Assembly: GCF_964204645.1 (NCBI RefSeq)
Contig: NC_134027.1
Coordinates: 20,360,560-20,424,559, forward strand
DNA length: 64,000 nt
Source: Tubulanus polymorphus
Lineage: Eukaryota; Animalia; Nemertea
Direction: 5' to 3'
Shown here: piece after piece, positions 50,070 through 61,837 of the stretch
Layout: each line of letters starts with the position of its first letter
Position numbering within the stretch: position 1 is the first letter of the stretch
Notes under the pieces: generated by a model
The model's input: the letters and a program-made list of their open reading frames with translations, nothing else
What the model was told of the DNA's origin: nothing
Database searches by the model: none
Position numbers and translations under genes: made by a program

Positions 50070-52180
50070 CAAAATTCATTTATGTGGTTATGCGGACTTC
50101 GAGAAAACAATACAATCAACGAGCGAGTAAACTGTAGTGTCTTTATGATCTTTACGATGAACTGTTCCGAAAAGCGTGTATCTATATAAACCACTGAGTA
50201 GGCCATTCAGTCGTAGATCAATATATTGTGTACCTTGTAAACCATGTCCATAAAGCAGTCATGCATTTCTGACCTATACTCATACATCCAAGTTCTGGAA
50301 TTGTATTTATATTTATATTTATTTCATAATTATTCTTTATTCTTTTCCCTGATTCATAATCCTTATTTGACCGTGGTATAAATTAATTAAACATGTGTCT
50401 CGGTAACACAAACTTTTTCACGTATTTAGACAGATTAAAGGAAAATGAAAATTTTCATCTCAAAAATTTATTAGATAATGATAGTGAATTGGAAATGTTC
50501 AGTAATCAATGCCCGTACCTCGAATTGCACGAGTTAAAAAACCATTTCAGTATGAATACGAATAACCTTAATATAATTCAACTTAACATACATAGTCTTA
50601 ACAACAAATTTGACCAACTCAAAATATTGATTGAAAAACTTAAATCCCAAAATGTTACCATTGACATCATTATGCTATGTGAAACTTTTTTGACTGACTA
50701 CAATTCAATGTTATGCAAAATTCCTGGTTATCAATTAATAGAGAATCACAGAGTTTTGAAACAGCGTGGAGGAGTAGCAATTTATATAAGTAATAACTTA
50801 ACCTATAATAAGAGACCGGATCTAGAAGTGTTCATTGAAGGTAAATTCGAATCTTGTTTTATTGAAATTGATATGGCTTTTCAATCTAGTAAAAGGACAA
50901 TCATTGGCGAACTCTACCGTGTCCTAGGAACTAGTGAAATTGAATTTCTTTCCGAATACGTAAATTTAATACGCAAAATTAAGAATGAAAAGTGCGAAAT
51001 GATATTAGGAATGGACCAAAATCTAGATAATATAAACATTAATCATCATAAAAACACTTCCAAATTTTTGGATATCAATTTATCAAATAATCTTTTTCCA
51101 ACTATTTTACGGCCAACTAGAATAACACACGCGACAGCCACAATATATATCTCTCTCCGGCGCTGAGTTCTGATCATCAAAGTGCTATCCTGATTTCACA
51201 CCTGTCTGATCATTTACCATGCCTCGTGACCGTGCGTTATGAACGAAAAACTTCAACAACCAGTAAACATTATACTCGGAATTTTAATACCCAGAATATC
51301 GATAGGATAAATCGTATGCTTTCACAACTAGACTGGACTCCTGTCAACCTGCTCGATTGTAATGGTTGTTACGATTTCATTATGTCGCATATAAATTTAA
51401 TCATAAATAACGTATCCCCACTAATAGAAGTTAAGAAGAAAGTTCATATTTACGAACCATGGATGTCTAAATCAATTTTAAAATGCTCTAAGAAATGCGA
51501 TCAACTTTATAAAAAAGTATTGAATCTGGAGAAATCTGACCAACGTTATAAAAACTATATTCTTTACAGAAATAATTTAAATTACATTAAAAGGCGTCAA
51601 AAGAAATCGTACTATGCAAACAAAATTGTATTATTTTCCAATAATAGTCGCAAATTATGGCAATTTTTGAAGCAATCCACAGGTAAATTAAATGACAAAT
51701 CGGGGATCCCTAATAAATTCATCATCGATAATAAACTTGTTGAGGAACCTAAATCAATAAGCCAACAATTTTGTAACTTCTTTTCTTCGATTGGTAGCTC
51801 TTATGCAAACAAATGTCCAAGTTCTAAAAACAATTTTACAACTTACATGGGGGCAAGGAATGCCCACTCAATCTTTTTAAATCCAACCAACAAGGAGGAA
51901 ATCTTGAGGATTATCAACAACCTAGCCCCAAAAAAAGACCACTGGTGGTAATGACTTACTGAATAATAGAATGCTTAAACTAATTATATCCAATATTATC
52001 GATCCTCTGACAATTCTCTGCAATAAATCCCTTCAGGATGGTATATTTCCAGATAGTATGAAAATTTCTCAGGTAATTCCTCTATATAAAAATGGAAACA
52101 AACAGCTCCTTAATAACTACCGACCAATATCTTTACTTCCGGTCATGTCGAAAATACTAGAAAAATTAGTTCACAATAGA
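50070..52180 (+). mobile_element. LINE (CR1/L2-group-like) endonuclease and start of RT, cut off at the Polinton
   Basis: QLNIHSL, LCETFL, GGVAIYI, PTRIT, SDHLP, PWMS and NYRPISLLPVMSKILEKLVHNR, then an abrupt switch at 52181. Confidence 0.85.
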
Positions 52181-52517
52181 AGTAATTAGAAGATGGCGTT
52201 TTCAGATCAGAGGTCGAGAGGTCGAGACACCACTCATCACAGCTAGGCTCTAGTGAGAACGGACGATTGCTCTGTGACACACATATACAGTGAGTGCGCG
52301 TAACAACAGTTGCGCGTGGATAGATCGATACAGTGAGTCTCTACTGAGAACGGTTATTAACGCGTGTGCTGTTACTGTAGTACAGTGATTGCGTGTCAAC
52401 TGTGCCCAGATAAATAGATGCTGTGAGGCTTGGGTGAGAACGGTTAATAGCGTGTTTGTTATATATAGGGGGAAGTAATCCCCACTCATCACCACAAGTA
52501 ATTTGTTTTCCTTATAA

Positions 52518-52841
52518 ATGGGAGATAGAAAAGCATTCTTAGCAACAATAAATAACAGAATAAAACCAGCAAAAAAACAATTTGAAATAAAAAAGTTAGT
52601 TGATGTTACAAAAGAAATTGAACATAAAATATTGAAATTAGAAAAGATAAAAACTAAATATGGAGAGAAAGTATCAGCATTAAGCTACTGTAATGTTAGT
52701 ACATCGCGAGAATTTAAAGTATTTTTACCTGATAAATGGGTTTCATTGAGTACAGAGGAATTAAAAGATTTAGAAGGATTTAAAATAATCTATCATGGAA
52801 AAAATGAAGACGGCCATCATGATTTAGAAATTGTTGATTAA
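52518..52841 (+). CDS. Polinton hypothetical protein (107 aa)
   Basis: Intact ORF next to the TIR-like region, with a TATAAATG start context. Confidence 0.55.
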   Translation: MGDRKAFLATINNRIKPAKKQFEIKKLVDVTKEIEHKILKLEKIKTKYGEKVSALSYCNVSTSREFKVFLPDKWVSLSTEELKDLEGFKIIYHGKNEDGHHDLEIVD

Positions 52842-52992
52842 ATCTAAAAAAATAAATTAATAAAAATAATGAATATTAAGAATCCGAAATGACTTATCTG
52901 GACAATTTAATTGCTCCGCATAGATGGTGCCATAAACGGCACCCACACAGTGATAGACAAAAGTAGTGAGATATTCAATTAATTAAAAAAAA

Positions 52993-53388
52993 TTATTTTT
53001 TTTGCTTTTTTTCTAAAATATTAATCCATTTTTTTATTGTCAATTTTGGAATTTCAGAAGTATTTTCATTTTTAATAGCAGTTGTTTCAGAATTATTAAT
53101 ATCATGAATTTTATTTGATTTCTTATACCAATTACACCCAATCAAAATGAATACAATTACAAATCCAACTGTAAAATATAAATATTTATCACATATTCTA
53201 TTATCAGAAGGAGTAGAAATAACAATATTTTCACTATTTTTATTAACATTTTTATTACTTATTCTTTCTTTTACAGCTTTTTTATATTCTTGTGATTTAA
53301 TTCCTAATTGCCGAGACCATTCAATTTGTTTCTGAGTTCTCGGTTTTTTCTTCACAGTTAATTCCTTCACTTCTTTCACTTCGCTCAT
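52993..53388 (-). CDS. Polinton small basic protein with one transmembrane segment
   Basis: KKPRTQKQIEWSRQLG motif and hydrophobic YLYFTVGFVIVFILIGC. TAAATG start. Confidence 0.55.
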   Translation of the reverse strand: MSEVKEVKELTVKKKPRTQKQIEWSRQLGIKSQEYKKAVKERISNKNVNKNSENIVISTPSDNRICDKYLYFTVGFVIVFILIGCNWYKKSNKIHDINNSETTAIKNENTSEIPKLTIKKWINILEKKQKK

Positions 53389-53926
53389 TTATTATAGAAA
53401 TATTTTTACTTTCAATATTTGAAAATGTTATAACCCCGGTTGATAATAATGTCATAAATCCACCTATTTGAAATGATAAATATCCAATCCATTTATCTAA
53501 TTCAGTCATAACTAAATAATCATTTTTTAAATCGGAATATAATCTATTTTCATCTTCAATTGGTAGTATATAATTACATAATTTACTATAACCTTTTACT
53601 ACATTTTCTGATATCGCATCATTAATTTTAGCTGTTCTCGCGGCTTCATAAATCTTAAATAATCTAATAATTTCAACTGATTTCATTGTATCTAATTCAT
53701 TATAAGTTAAATTTTTATCAACAAATTTTTTACATTTTCCAGATGCTATTAATATTTCTAATTGATGTTTGCAATAAAGATAATATTCATAATTATTATT
53801 TGTTGTAACATTATTTAAAGCACCATCATCTGGAGTTAATTTTATTTCTGTTATTCCTAAATCATCTAAAGTTTTTTCAATTGGAACATCGCCATTTTTA
53901 GATTTTATTTTCTTTTCACCTCCCAT
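53321..53926 (-). CDS. Polinton hypothetical protein (201 aa, C-terminal hydrophobic segment)
   Basis: Intact ORF co-oriented with the ATPase and integrase. TATAAATG start. Confidence 0.6.
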   Translation of the reverse strand: MGGEKKIKSKNGDVPIEKTLDDLGITEIKLTPDDGALNNVTTNNNYEYYLYCKHQLEILIASGKCKKFVDKNLTYNELDTMKSVEIIRLFKIYEAARTAKINDAISENVVKGYSKLCNYILPIEDENRLYSDLKNDYLVMTELDKWIGYLSFQIGGFMTLLSTGVITFSNIESKNISIINERSERSEGINCEEKTENSETN

Positions 53927-53959
53927 TTATATAACAAAAAAAATTAATTGTGTGATGTT

Positions 53960-54210
53960 GCAACTAGAATTTAACTAGAATGTAACTAGAATTCAACTAG
54001 ATTAACAAGCTAGTTGAAATATTGTTTTTTTTGTTTATTTCTTGTTAAATCTAGTTGATTTTTGTTTCAACTACTAACAACTAGAATTCAACTAGAATGT
54101 AAATAGAATTAAACTAGATTAACAAGCTAGTTAGAATATTGTTAAATCTATTTGATTTTTGTTACAAATACACATAACTAGAATTCAACTAGATTAACAA
54201 ACTAATTGAA
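53960..54210. repeat. Intergenic array of ~10-bp aactaga(a/t)tt motifs inside the Polinton
   Basis: Repeated caactagaatt and aactagattaacaagctagtt units. Confidence 0.7.
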
Positions 54211-54211
54211 T

Positions 54212-54820
54212 TTAAATAAATTCATATTTAAATGGGTGTTGTAATCTAAATAATAATTTTGATCTTTTAATATTTTTCAACTTATCCATATATTCATTAT
54301 GTAAATCATGTGGAATAATATCATTTTCCTCAAGTGCATTTTTCATCGATTTTCTATCTTTATTGTAGAATAAAACTAGAAATCTAATGTTTTCTCTAAA
54401 GTCTTTAACAATTGAATTATATTTTTGATTTAAAACCCAAGTTGTTATCCCAAAATGTCTCCCAGAGAAAGCTAAATAGCATAACTCACTTTCTCTAACT
54501 TTTGAATCATGTAGATTAGCACAATCATCTATAATGAATAATGTATTTGATCCTTTATAAATATCAATTGCTATTTTAATACAATTATCTAAATTTTCTT
54601 TTACTGTTTTAGGATCTAATATAATAAATTTATTATTCCTAGTAATATTTCTATCATAAGTTTGATTAAATTCATATGTTGGGCAAAATAATACTATATT
54701 ATCAAAATAGTTTTCATAAACAGTTTCTAATAAATTTGATATAAAATAAGTTTTTCCACAATTTGTTACACCAGAAATTAACATATTATGAGGCTCAAAT
54801 ATGAATAATTCCTTATTCAT
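54212..54820 (-). CDS. A32/FtsK-like DNA packaging ATPase
   Basis: Walker A GVTNCGKT, Walker B LFIIDD, and GRHFGITTWVLNQ. Confidence 0.9.
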   Translation of the reverse strand: MNKELFIFEPHNMLISGVTNCGKTYFISNLLETVYENYFDNIVLFCPTYEFNQTYDRNITRNNKFIILDPKTVKENLDNCIKIAIDIYKGSNTLFIIDDCANLHDSKVRESELCYLAFSGRHFGITTWVLNQKYNSIVKDFRENIRFLVLFYNKDRKSMKNALEENDIIPHDLHNEYMDKLKNIKRSKLLFRLQHPFKYEFI

Positions 54821-54850
54821 TTATATATTTTTAATTTTACTTGATAATAA

Positions 54851-55947
54851 TTATTCATTGAATTTATCCGGCCATCCAACCCATTTTACTAAAGAATATT
54901 TTTTTCTTTTAATAGTTTTTGTTTTTAATACTTTTTCAATTTTATATTCTTGTTCTAGATTTTCAGTAGTTAAACTTAATTCTTCTTCGTAAAAGTAGCC
55001 ATCAACTTCTTCACCATCTAAATCTTCTAATTTATAGACATATGGTTTTGTTGTTATAACCTTTTTTATTTTATATATTTCTCTAGTAAAATTTCGATCG
55101 TATCCTTTATCAAATATCTTTTTATACTTAGAAATTCTAACATTTTGACCAACTTTAAATTTAGGTTCACCAAAATCATCTACAAGAAATGCTCCATATA
55201 AATTATTCCAAACAATTTCAGCATTTTCAGGTTTTCTAGCATCAATAGGTTTCATTCCAATAGAAGAATGATAAGAATTATTATATCCTTCTATCAATTT
55301 TGGTAAAACATCAATCCATTTAAAAGTATCATTTGCTGTAAAATATTTCCACATTCTTGTCCTTAATGTTCTATTAAATCGTTCAACAACTGCTGCTTTT
55401 TTATCTGATTTTGTTGAAAAATATTTAATATTATGATTATCTAAGAGTTCATGAACAAGTGAATTATCAAACTCTTTTCCATCATCAAATTGTATTTTTT
55501 CTGGTTTTAGTTTATCATCCGAAAGAAATTTTCTTAAAACATTTGATGTTTGTACAGCATCTTTTCTATAAAGTGGGAAGCTCCATACATAACGACTAAA
55601 AATATCAATTATATTCAATAACCACCAATAATCATCATTATCTTTCTTAACATTTTTCATATCAATTAAATCTCCTTGCCACTGTTGATCTACATAACTT
55701 ACCATAGTTTTACGAGTTTTATATTTTCTAACAATTTTTTATGTGTTGTATATGTTGGTTGTTCTAACATAAATTCATTTATATCTTTATATTTAACTAA
55801 ATTTTGTGGGATTATCTTATCTAATTTATCTTGTTTTACTTTACGCCATATATTTTTAGTAGAAGAATAAGCAACCGAACTCTCAGGGTTGTAATATAAA
55901 TTTCTTAAATATTGTTCTTTAGTATTAGGAGTTTTTTTACCACCCAT
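54851..55947 (-). CDS. Retroviral-type (rve) DDE integrase with C-terminal chromodomain; one frameshift near 55735
   Basis: YYNP N-terminus; WQGDLIDM, IQFDDGKEF, AVVERFNRT and HSSIGMKP; chromo-like YKIEKVL...LVKWVGWP. Confidence 0.9.
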
Positions 55948-55977
55948 TTATATATCCTTAATTTTAACTTTATATTT

Positions 55978-56529
55978 CTAATATTGAATACTATCTAATT
56001 GTGAATTTACAATATTTAATTGCGCGTCAGATATAATATAAATATGCATTTTAAAATTTAAGCTTCCTTTTTTCTTTTTCATGAATAATTGTATTCCATC
56101 TTTAGTGTTCTGTAGTTTTTTCCCAGAACCATGTAATGAATTATCCTCTGTTGTTCTAAAATCTAACCATAATGCATATTTATTGCCGGTATAATAATCA
56201 ATTTCATTAATATTACAATTTTCAAATGATTTTACTTTTTCATTCATAAAATGTTTTCTAATTTCTGGCCACTGATCTATCATTCTCATTCCTTGGCAAA
56301 ATATTTTATTTGCTATTCCTTCGATAGTTATTTCTACTTTTGTTATTTCAGGATTATAATAATTATCTACCTTTATTGCACCATTAGAATATGTTGCAAT
56401 AGTAAAAAATATTAATATACCTTTAATAGATCTTCTTGGGAAGTTAATATTCTCATTAATTATTTCATCATTTGCATTAATAGTAACGGTTTTAAATTTA
56501 TCAATATGAAAGGCTGAATCCAAGAACAT
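55978..56529 (-). CDS. Polinton major capsid protein (double jelly-roll), C-terminal part, 5'-truncated
   Basis: NINFPRRSIKGILIFF, NPEITKVEITIEG, LWLDFRT..DNSLHGSG and HIYIISDAQLNI resemble Maverick MCP C-termini. Adjacent to the integrase and ATPase. Confidence 0.7.
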   Translation of the reverse strand: MFLDSAFHIDKFKTVTINANDEIINENINFPRRSIKGILIFFTIATYSNGAIKVDNYYNPEITKVEITIEGIANKIFCQGMRMIDQWPEIRKHFMNEKVKSFENCNINEIDYYTGNKYALWLDFRTTEDNSLHGSGKKLQNTKDGIQLFMKKKKGSLNFKMHIYIISDAQLNIVNSQLDSIQY

Positions 56530-56534
56530 GTCTA

Positions 56535-57050
56535 TCCCTGTTTTGAGCTCAAACGTCTACTTTTACTTAGTCGCCACTTGAGAACAATAAGCAATTAATG
56601 ATATCAGCTACTTTTTCAGTAGTATACGTTTTAGAATAGTCACTTTCAAATAGTACACTTTCTGAAACGGTTGGTTTTCGAAAGTCTCTGGTTGTAAAAC
56701 ATGTGGTTTTTAGAGTCTACGATTTGTATCGTATACTTTTAAATAGTACACATTCTGAAACGGTTGGTTTTCGAAAGTCTCTGGTTGTAAAGCATATGGT
56801 ATTTAGAGTGTACGATTGGTACCATATACTTTAAAATAGTATACTTTCTGAACGGTAAGGTTTTGAGAGTGTACATTAAAGAAAAGGTCGACTATGAGAA
56901 CCATACATTTAAAAATGGAGAGTAACTATTAGTCACCTTTATCAAAACGGTTACTTATAAGAGTGACCATTATTAGTGTCTACTCTTTAAGAGTAACCGA
57001 TTTCTAAGAGTGTGGTTTTCAAATGTATATGTTTTGAATCTAATATATTG
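56535..57050. repeat. ~93-bp tandem repeats, probably the subterminal region of the element that truncates the Polinton
   Basis: aaatagtacac.ttctgaaacggttggttttcgaaagtctctgg recurs at 56648, 56741 and (diverged) 56834. Confidence 0.6.
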
Positions 57051-58799
57051 CAGAGTGATTAAACCAGACATCTAAACAGAAACTCTGATCTATTTTTGAC
57101 ACTAAAGGGTTATCGCTGACCCCGATCTTACGTAGTTCAAGCGTGTTTTTGCACTTCTTTGATAGTGACACATAGAACATATCATTTGATTAATCTATAG
57201 GGAATACCCATCATAACTTCCTATTTTTACTTCTCAATTAAAAGGCTTTCGTCAAAACCCAAATGAAGTAATTCAATGGAGATATTGGTCAGACACTCAA
57301 TCTTAAAAAACCACCAGGCCTTTGTGTTGAGAAGAAATGTGTATGCAACAATGTCATGGCTATCTAACTATAAAATTTGTTTTTTTTTTTGTGATGCCAG
57401 GATAGAGAGCTTATTCAAATGATTAGGCACTAACCCAGAATATTTGAATATGCTAGCTTAGGCGGATTTAACTCCTAGTGTTGAATCAACCGTGCTTTTG
57501 CCCATCTGCCCAGATCCACTAGCGAGTCAGTCATCTACAGAAAGAAATAACTAACGTCACAAGAGAATACATCATTTTTGACGTTTTGGTCAGTTTATTT
57601 CTATCAAAATAAAGTTATGAATCATTATTCTGGTACTTGCCGTGCATTCGTAACTCATTTATAAAAGATAATAAAATATGTAATACATATACGATATGTA
57701 CAACGTTATAAAAAGTATATTGATACAGATTTTTAGAAACATCATTTTCTATATTCTGTAATATAAAGATATTAAACTTAGTTATTTGCATCAAAACAAA
57801 ATATTTATAACAACGTGCGGCTTTTTGACCACATCAAAGAGCAGCTGCGCGTGCGAGCTGTCAGATATCTGCTAGACTGAGCTGACCCTATGCAGGTCAG
57901 TGTCAAAACATTTGCTCACACGCTACCTGCATCAGTATTATTTCACATGCTTGCCACTTTTTATACTCAGATTTCAGATTTCTTGATACTGTGATATGAA
58001 ACTCCATCAGTCCCAGAGAGAGACTCCAAAGAGAGAAATATGTGTGAAAAAATATATGTAACGTGTTCCAAGATTTGAGAGTTTTACTAATGGAGGAAAG
58101 ACGAAAATGTAAGCTTAATTAATAAGGACCCGGAATGAGCAGAGAGCATAGAAACTTGACCTGTCTTGGCAATAGTTATTTGTTAGTTTTGTGAAATAAG
58201 CAAAATTCTTAAAACTTTTTCCAGCGAACATTATCTGGATCACTGCCTGTTAGGAAATTCTCCAACATCAGTCATCATTCCGATGCGTGGCTCTCTCGCT
58301 CTTGCTTATTCTATATACACAACCATAACAACTAGACACATGGCACTGCATGCACTTTGCAACAGGTCACTACTGCAAACTGATACTTCTGTGGTTAAGC
58401 CGCCCGACAATTGACTTTTTACTTTTGGGTTGTCTCGAGTCAATCTACTAGTCTCGTCAGGTATGATCCAAAGATGCTTATCAGAGGTCAATTGATAATT
58501 CAGTACCCATTTCTGTCTAAAACCTGTTTCAAATCTTCTTTAGACAAAACAACAGTATTCATGTTAATATGATTTTGAGAGTTTATTGGAATTCTCATAA
58601 ACCCAAGAACAGAAAAAGAAAAAAAAATTAAAAGTATACTAAATGATTTCATTTATTTATGACAAATATGTCATTACTTATCGTAATCCTAACTACCAAT
58701 GGCAATATAGAACATAGAGTGAATACAATCGACAATCAAGTAGTCTGAAATCTGAGTCTGAATATCACCACTGACATTTGAACGCGTTCAAAGAACTGC

Positions 58800-60993
58800 C
58801 TCGATTTCAACATATCGGCCTTCATCGTGTCCATGGCCAGGGCAGCTTTCGCGTGGTGTTCAGATAGCTGCTCTTCCAACTTAATTTTAGTTTGGCCATC
58901 ATCTGTAGCTACCTTCTTGTTGTTTATTAAGTCGCAAGTAGGGCAGGTATCAGTCCGTGGGCTTCGAAATGAAAGGTTCATTTTATTGAAGATTTTCCTA
59001 TAGATGCACAGCGTTATTGGGCGGTGATTAGCTGGTGGATGAGCTTGTCGTAAAAATCCCTTATATAGTTCTACCACATTAAGATGGGATGGTAGATATT
59101 TTCTATTCGTTGAAGTGCGACCATAGTGACTCTCTGTCGGTTCAAACGATTTAATGTGATCTTCAACCTGCAACAGAAAGTATTTTGTTAGTCCGATAAT
59201 GAATGTTTTGTTTGCAAATATTTATTGTTCATCTGTGAATGATGATTAATGATGATTGATAATCACTACATACCATACTGGTCATTTCTGGTGAAGTAAC
59301 ATACTGATTGCCATGCCTCCCCCTTCCATCATTTTTAGGCAGAATGCCCCCTTGCGTGATTGGTAAAAGCCGGGCTCGGGAAATACCGATTGCCTTCAAT
59401 ACTGCCAGTCGACAAGCCTGTTTAAGATCTCTTTCTTTGTTTGGCAGGCGATAAAGGTAAAATGATCTTTTCCCACTGGACGAAAATTGGTGACAGTACA
59501 ATGCTATCATACGACTTTGTAATTCATACGTTTTTTCTTCATTAAATTTTTTTCGTATCTCTTTTACCTGAAATGATAATGGCATTTATTTTCAAAAGAT
59601 TAACTCATTGATAAAACTTTTTCGTCAGTTTTCCTTTGAAATATGATGCACATGCTTCCGATTTCTTTTGCACCCCCTGCACCGCGAAATTATAAGCGTA
59701 AAGCGCGAATTTATAAGTAGCGCTTCCGTTGATTTATTTTACTATCCAGTTGCTAGCCGCCATTTTGTTAGGGTACTTTTGTCCTGTATTGTTTGGTGAT
59801 TTTTTTTCCTTTTTAAAAACTATGATATGCGTGTTTTATCATACTTCACCGGTCCATAGATGAATTTTGACAGTTTCAACAACATTAAAACCGCGTGAAT
59901 CTCTAGTTTTCAATTATGTTAAATTCATTTCTCAAATTTGCGAAATGCGTCATGACCAGTTTTTGCCACGCGTGTGAAAATTGAGGGTACTGTACTTTGA
60001 AGTTCGTTATTTTTAAATAAAAAAAAATTGAAACATTTCAGGAACTCTGCGCATATGCCTATGTTTTCTCTACCCGCGCGCAACTTGGAATGCGTGATCA
60101 AAATGCCGCTCTGCTGCTTAAACATGGTAAAAAAATCGTTCAAACCCCAATTTTAGCATCTTTAATGTCTTCGACATCCATATTGCATATAATTATTTAT
60201 ATTCCAACTTAATACCAATAATTAAAACCATTTTCTGAGAGAAAAGTATAGTATCGAAGAAAGATAACGCCCACAGACTGAAATACATGTATAGAAAACA
60301 GCGCCAAAAAGTGACAAATGACGCGCTGCTGTTGAATAGCCATAGAATGAAAACTAGGCAAGATATCTTGACATTTTTAAAGTTCACTTGAAAGGGGGCA
60401 TTTATGCTCACAGTTCCTGAAATGTTTGAAAACTGTTCCTGAAAACTATTTTTAAAGATAAAGGACTTCAAAATACAGTACCCTCAATTTTTACGTGCGT
60501 GGCAAAAACTGGCCACAGTTTTTTTTATATTGCTCTCATGTCGCATTGTTGCAAAATTGAGAAATGAATTTTATATAACTGAAGACTAGAGATTCACGCG
60601 GTTTTAATGTTGTTAAAACTGTCAAAATCTATCTATGGACCGGTGAAGTATGATAAAACACGCATATCATAAATAGTTTTTAAAAAGGAGAAAAAAATGA
60701 CCAAACAATACAGGACAAAGTACCCTAACAAAATGGCGGCTAGCAACTGTAAAATGGTTTATTCGATATAACATTACAACTGACTCTAAGCAATTGGCCT
60801 TAGAATGATCATGAATCAGTTTTAAGTAATATCTTTATTCTACGTGGTGAGAAAAATTTCATGTTCATTGTTGTTTTTTTTTTCACTCACCACTTCGTGT
60901 CCACGTTGCCTCAAACATTCTGCGTAACAACACTCCGAAACATTCAGCCAATTTTCTTTGTTATCAAAAATAGTTTGGAATGGGCTGTTAACT
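58800..60993 (-). CDS. Sola-like transposase, N-terminal half (3 exons)
   Basis: Exons 60993-60891 (SECCYAEC), 59567-59274 (CRLAVLKAIGISRAR..DGRGRH) and 59167-~58800 (HIKSF..TESHY..RKYL..NLSFRSPRTDTCPTCD..HHAKA). Confidence 0.65.
59747..60760. mobile_element. Second copy of the foldback MITE family seen at 15913-17680, in a transposase intron
   Basis: Same cagttgctagccgccattttgttagggtac arms. The left end is clipped. Confidence 0.85.
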
Positions 60994-61837
60994 CTGGATG
61001 AATTCACTTTTTATAATGATGCAAGAGCGTTTCGAATAATTATTCTGACTGAACTAATGACTGGTCTGTTGCTGCGGCAGAGTTTTGTTAACTTTTGAAA
61101 TAGTGATATGATGATCATGTGGTTCAAAGCAATTATGTGCCTATATATCTTAGTGTAAACGAAACGCTGCGCCAGCAACTGGACGGTCATTAATCATCTG
61201 ACTAGCCAGACTTTCTGATTTTTTCCCATATAATTCAAGTCAATCCCAAATGGTACTCCTCACATATTTCTTCAACGGCAAACAATGAACTTCTATAATA
61301 ATCTGAATAATCAATATGGAATTAGACCTGGCTTTGCTACCCAAAGTCAGAATTTTGGCCACAGTATGGCCATTCTTCCAGCTTCGAGGGGCAAGGGATG
61401 CAATATGGCCAAGATACGAGCAGTTTCGAGGAGACAAATATTCATACATTACCGTCTCCCTGTACTCCTGTCAAACGGGGCCAACATCTAATGAGCACGC
61501 CGATTGATTTGTCTCCACGGCGACAATTTTCAAATTTGAGTTCCGCTTGTTTGGCTGCGAAAAAGCTTATAAAAGGCTCCAAAATGGCCCAGCGAAGAAA
61601 AAATATATTGGTGAGTATCAATATTCTAAATCTAAGTGCACAGGAATTATCTTAATTTAATTTCACTTCGTGAAAAATTTATAATTAATTTTGTGGAATG
61701 ACAAGATAACGCTCCCTTTCAGAAAATCGTACGGTCAACGATAAACGAAATGCACTTAAATGGAATATGAATGAAGAAACGTAGCACGCGAGAAAAAACG
61801 GAAGAGTTTGTGAAAAGTGTAAGTTTCTGTTTATTAC

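Larger units (their letters stand above)
52181..56529. mobile_element. Polinton/Maverick (adintovirus-like) endogenous viral element, left-terminal fragment
   Basis: Begins AGTAATTAG exactly at the LINE breakpoint. TIR-like region with repeated tgagaacgg. Dense, intronless, very AT-rich ORFs for packaging ATPase, rve integrase and capsid. pPolB, protease and the right TIR are not seen. Confidence 0.88.

Noticed and set aside
57400-58500. Possible further exons left of the transposase N-half
   Set aside because: Splice-like signals exist, but the frames checked contain stops and no motif is recognizable.
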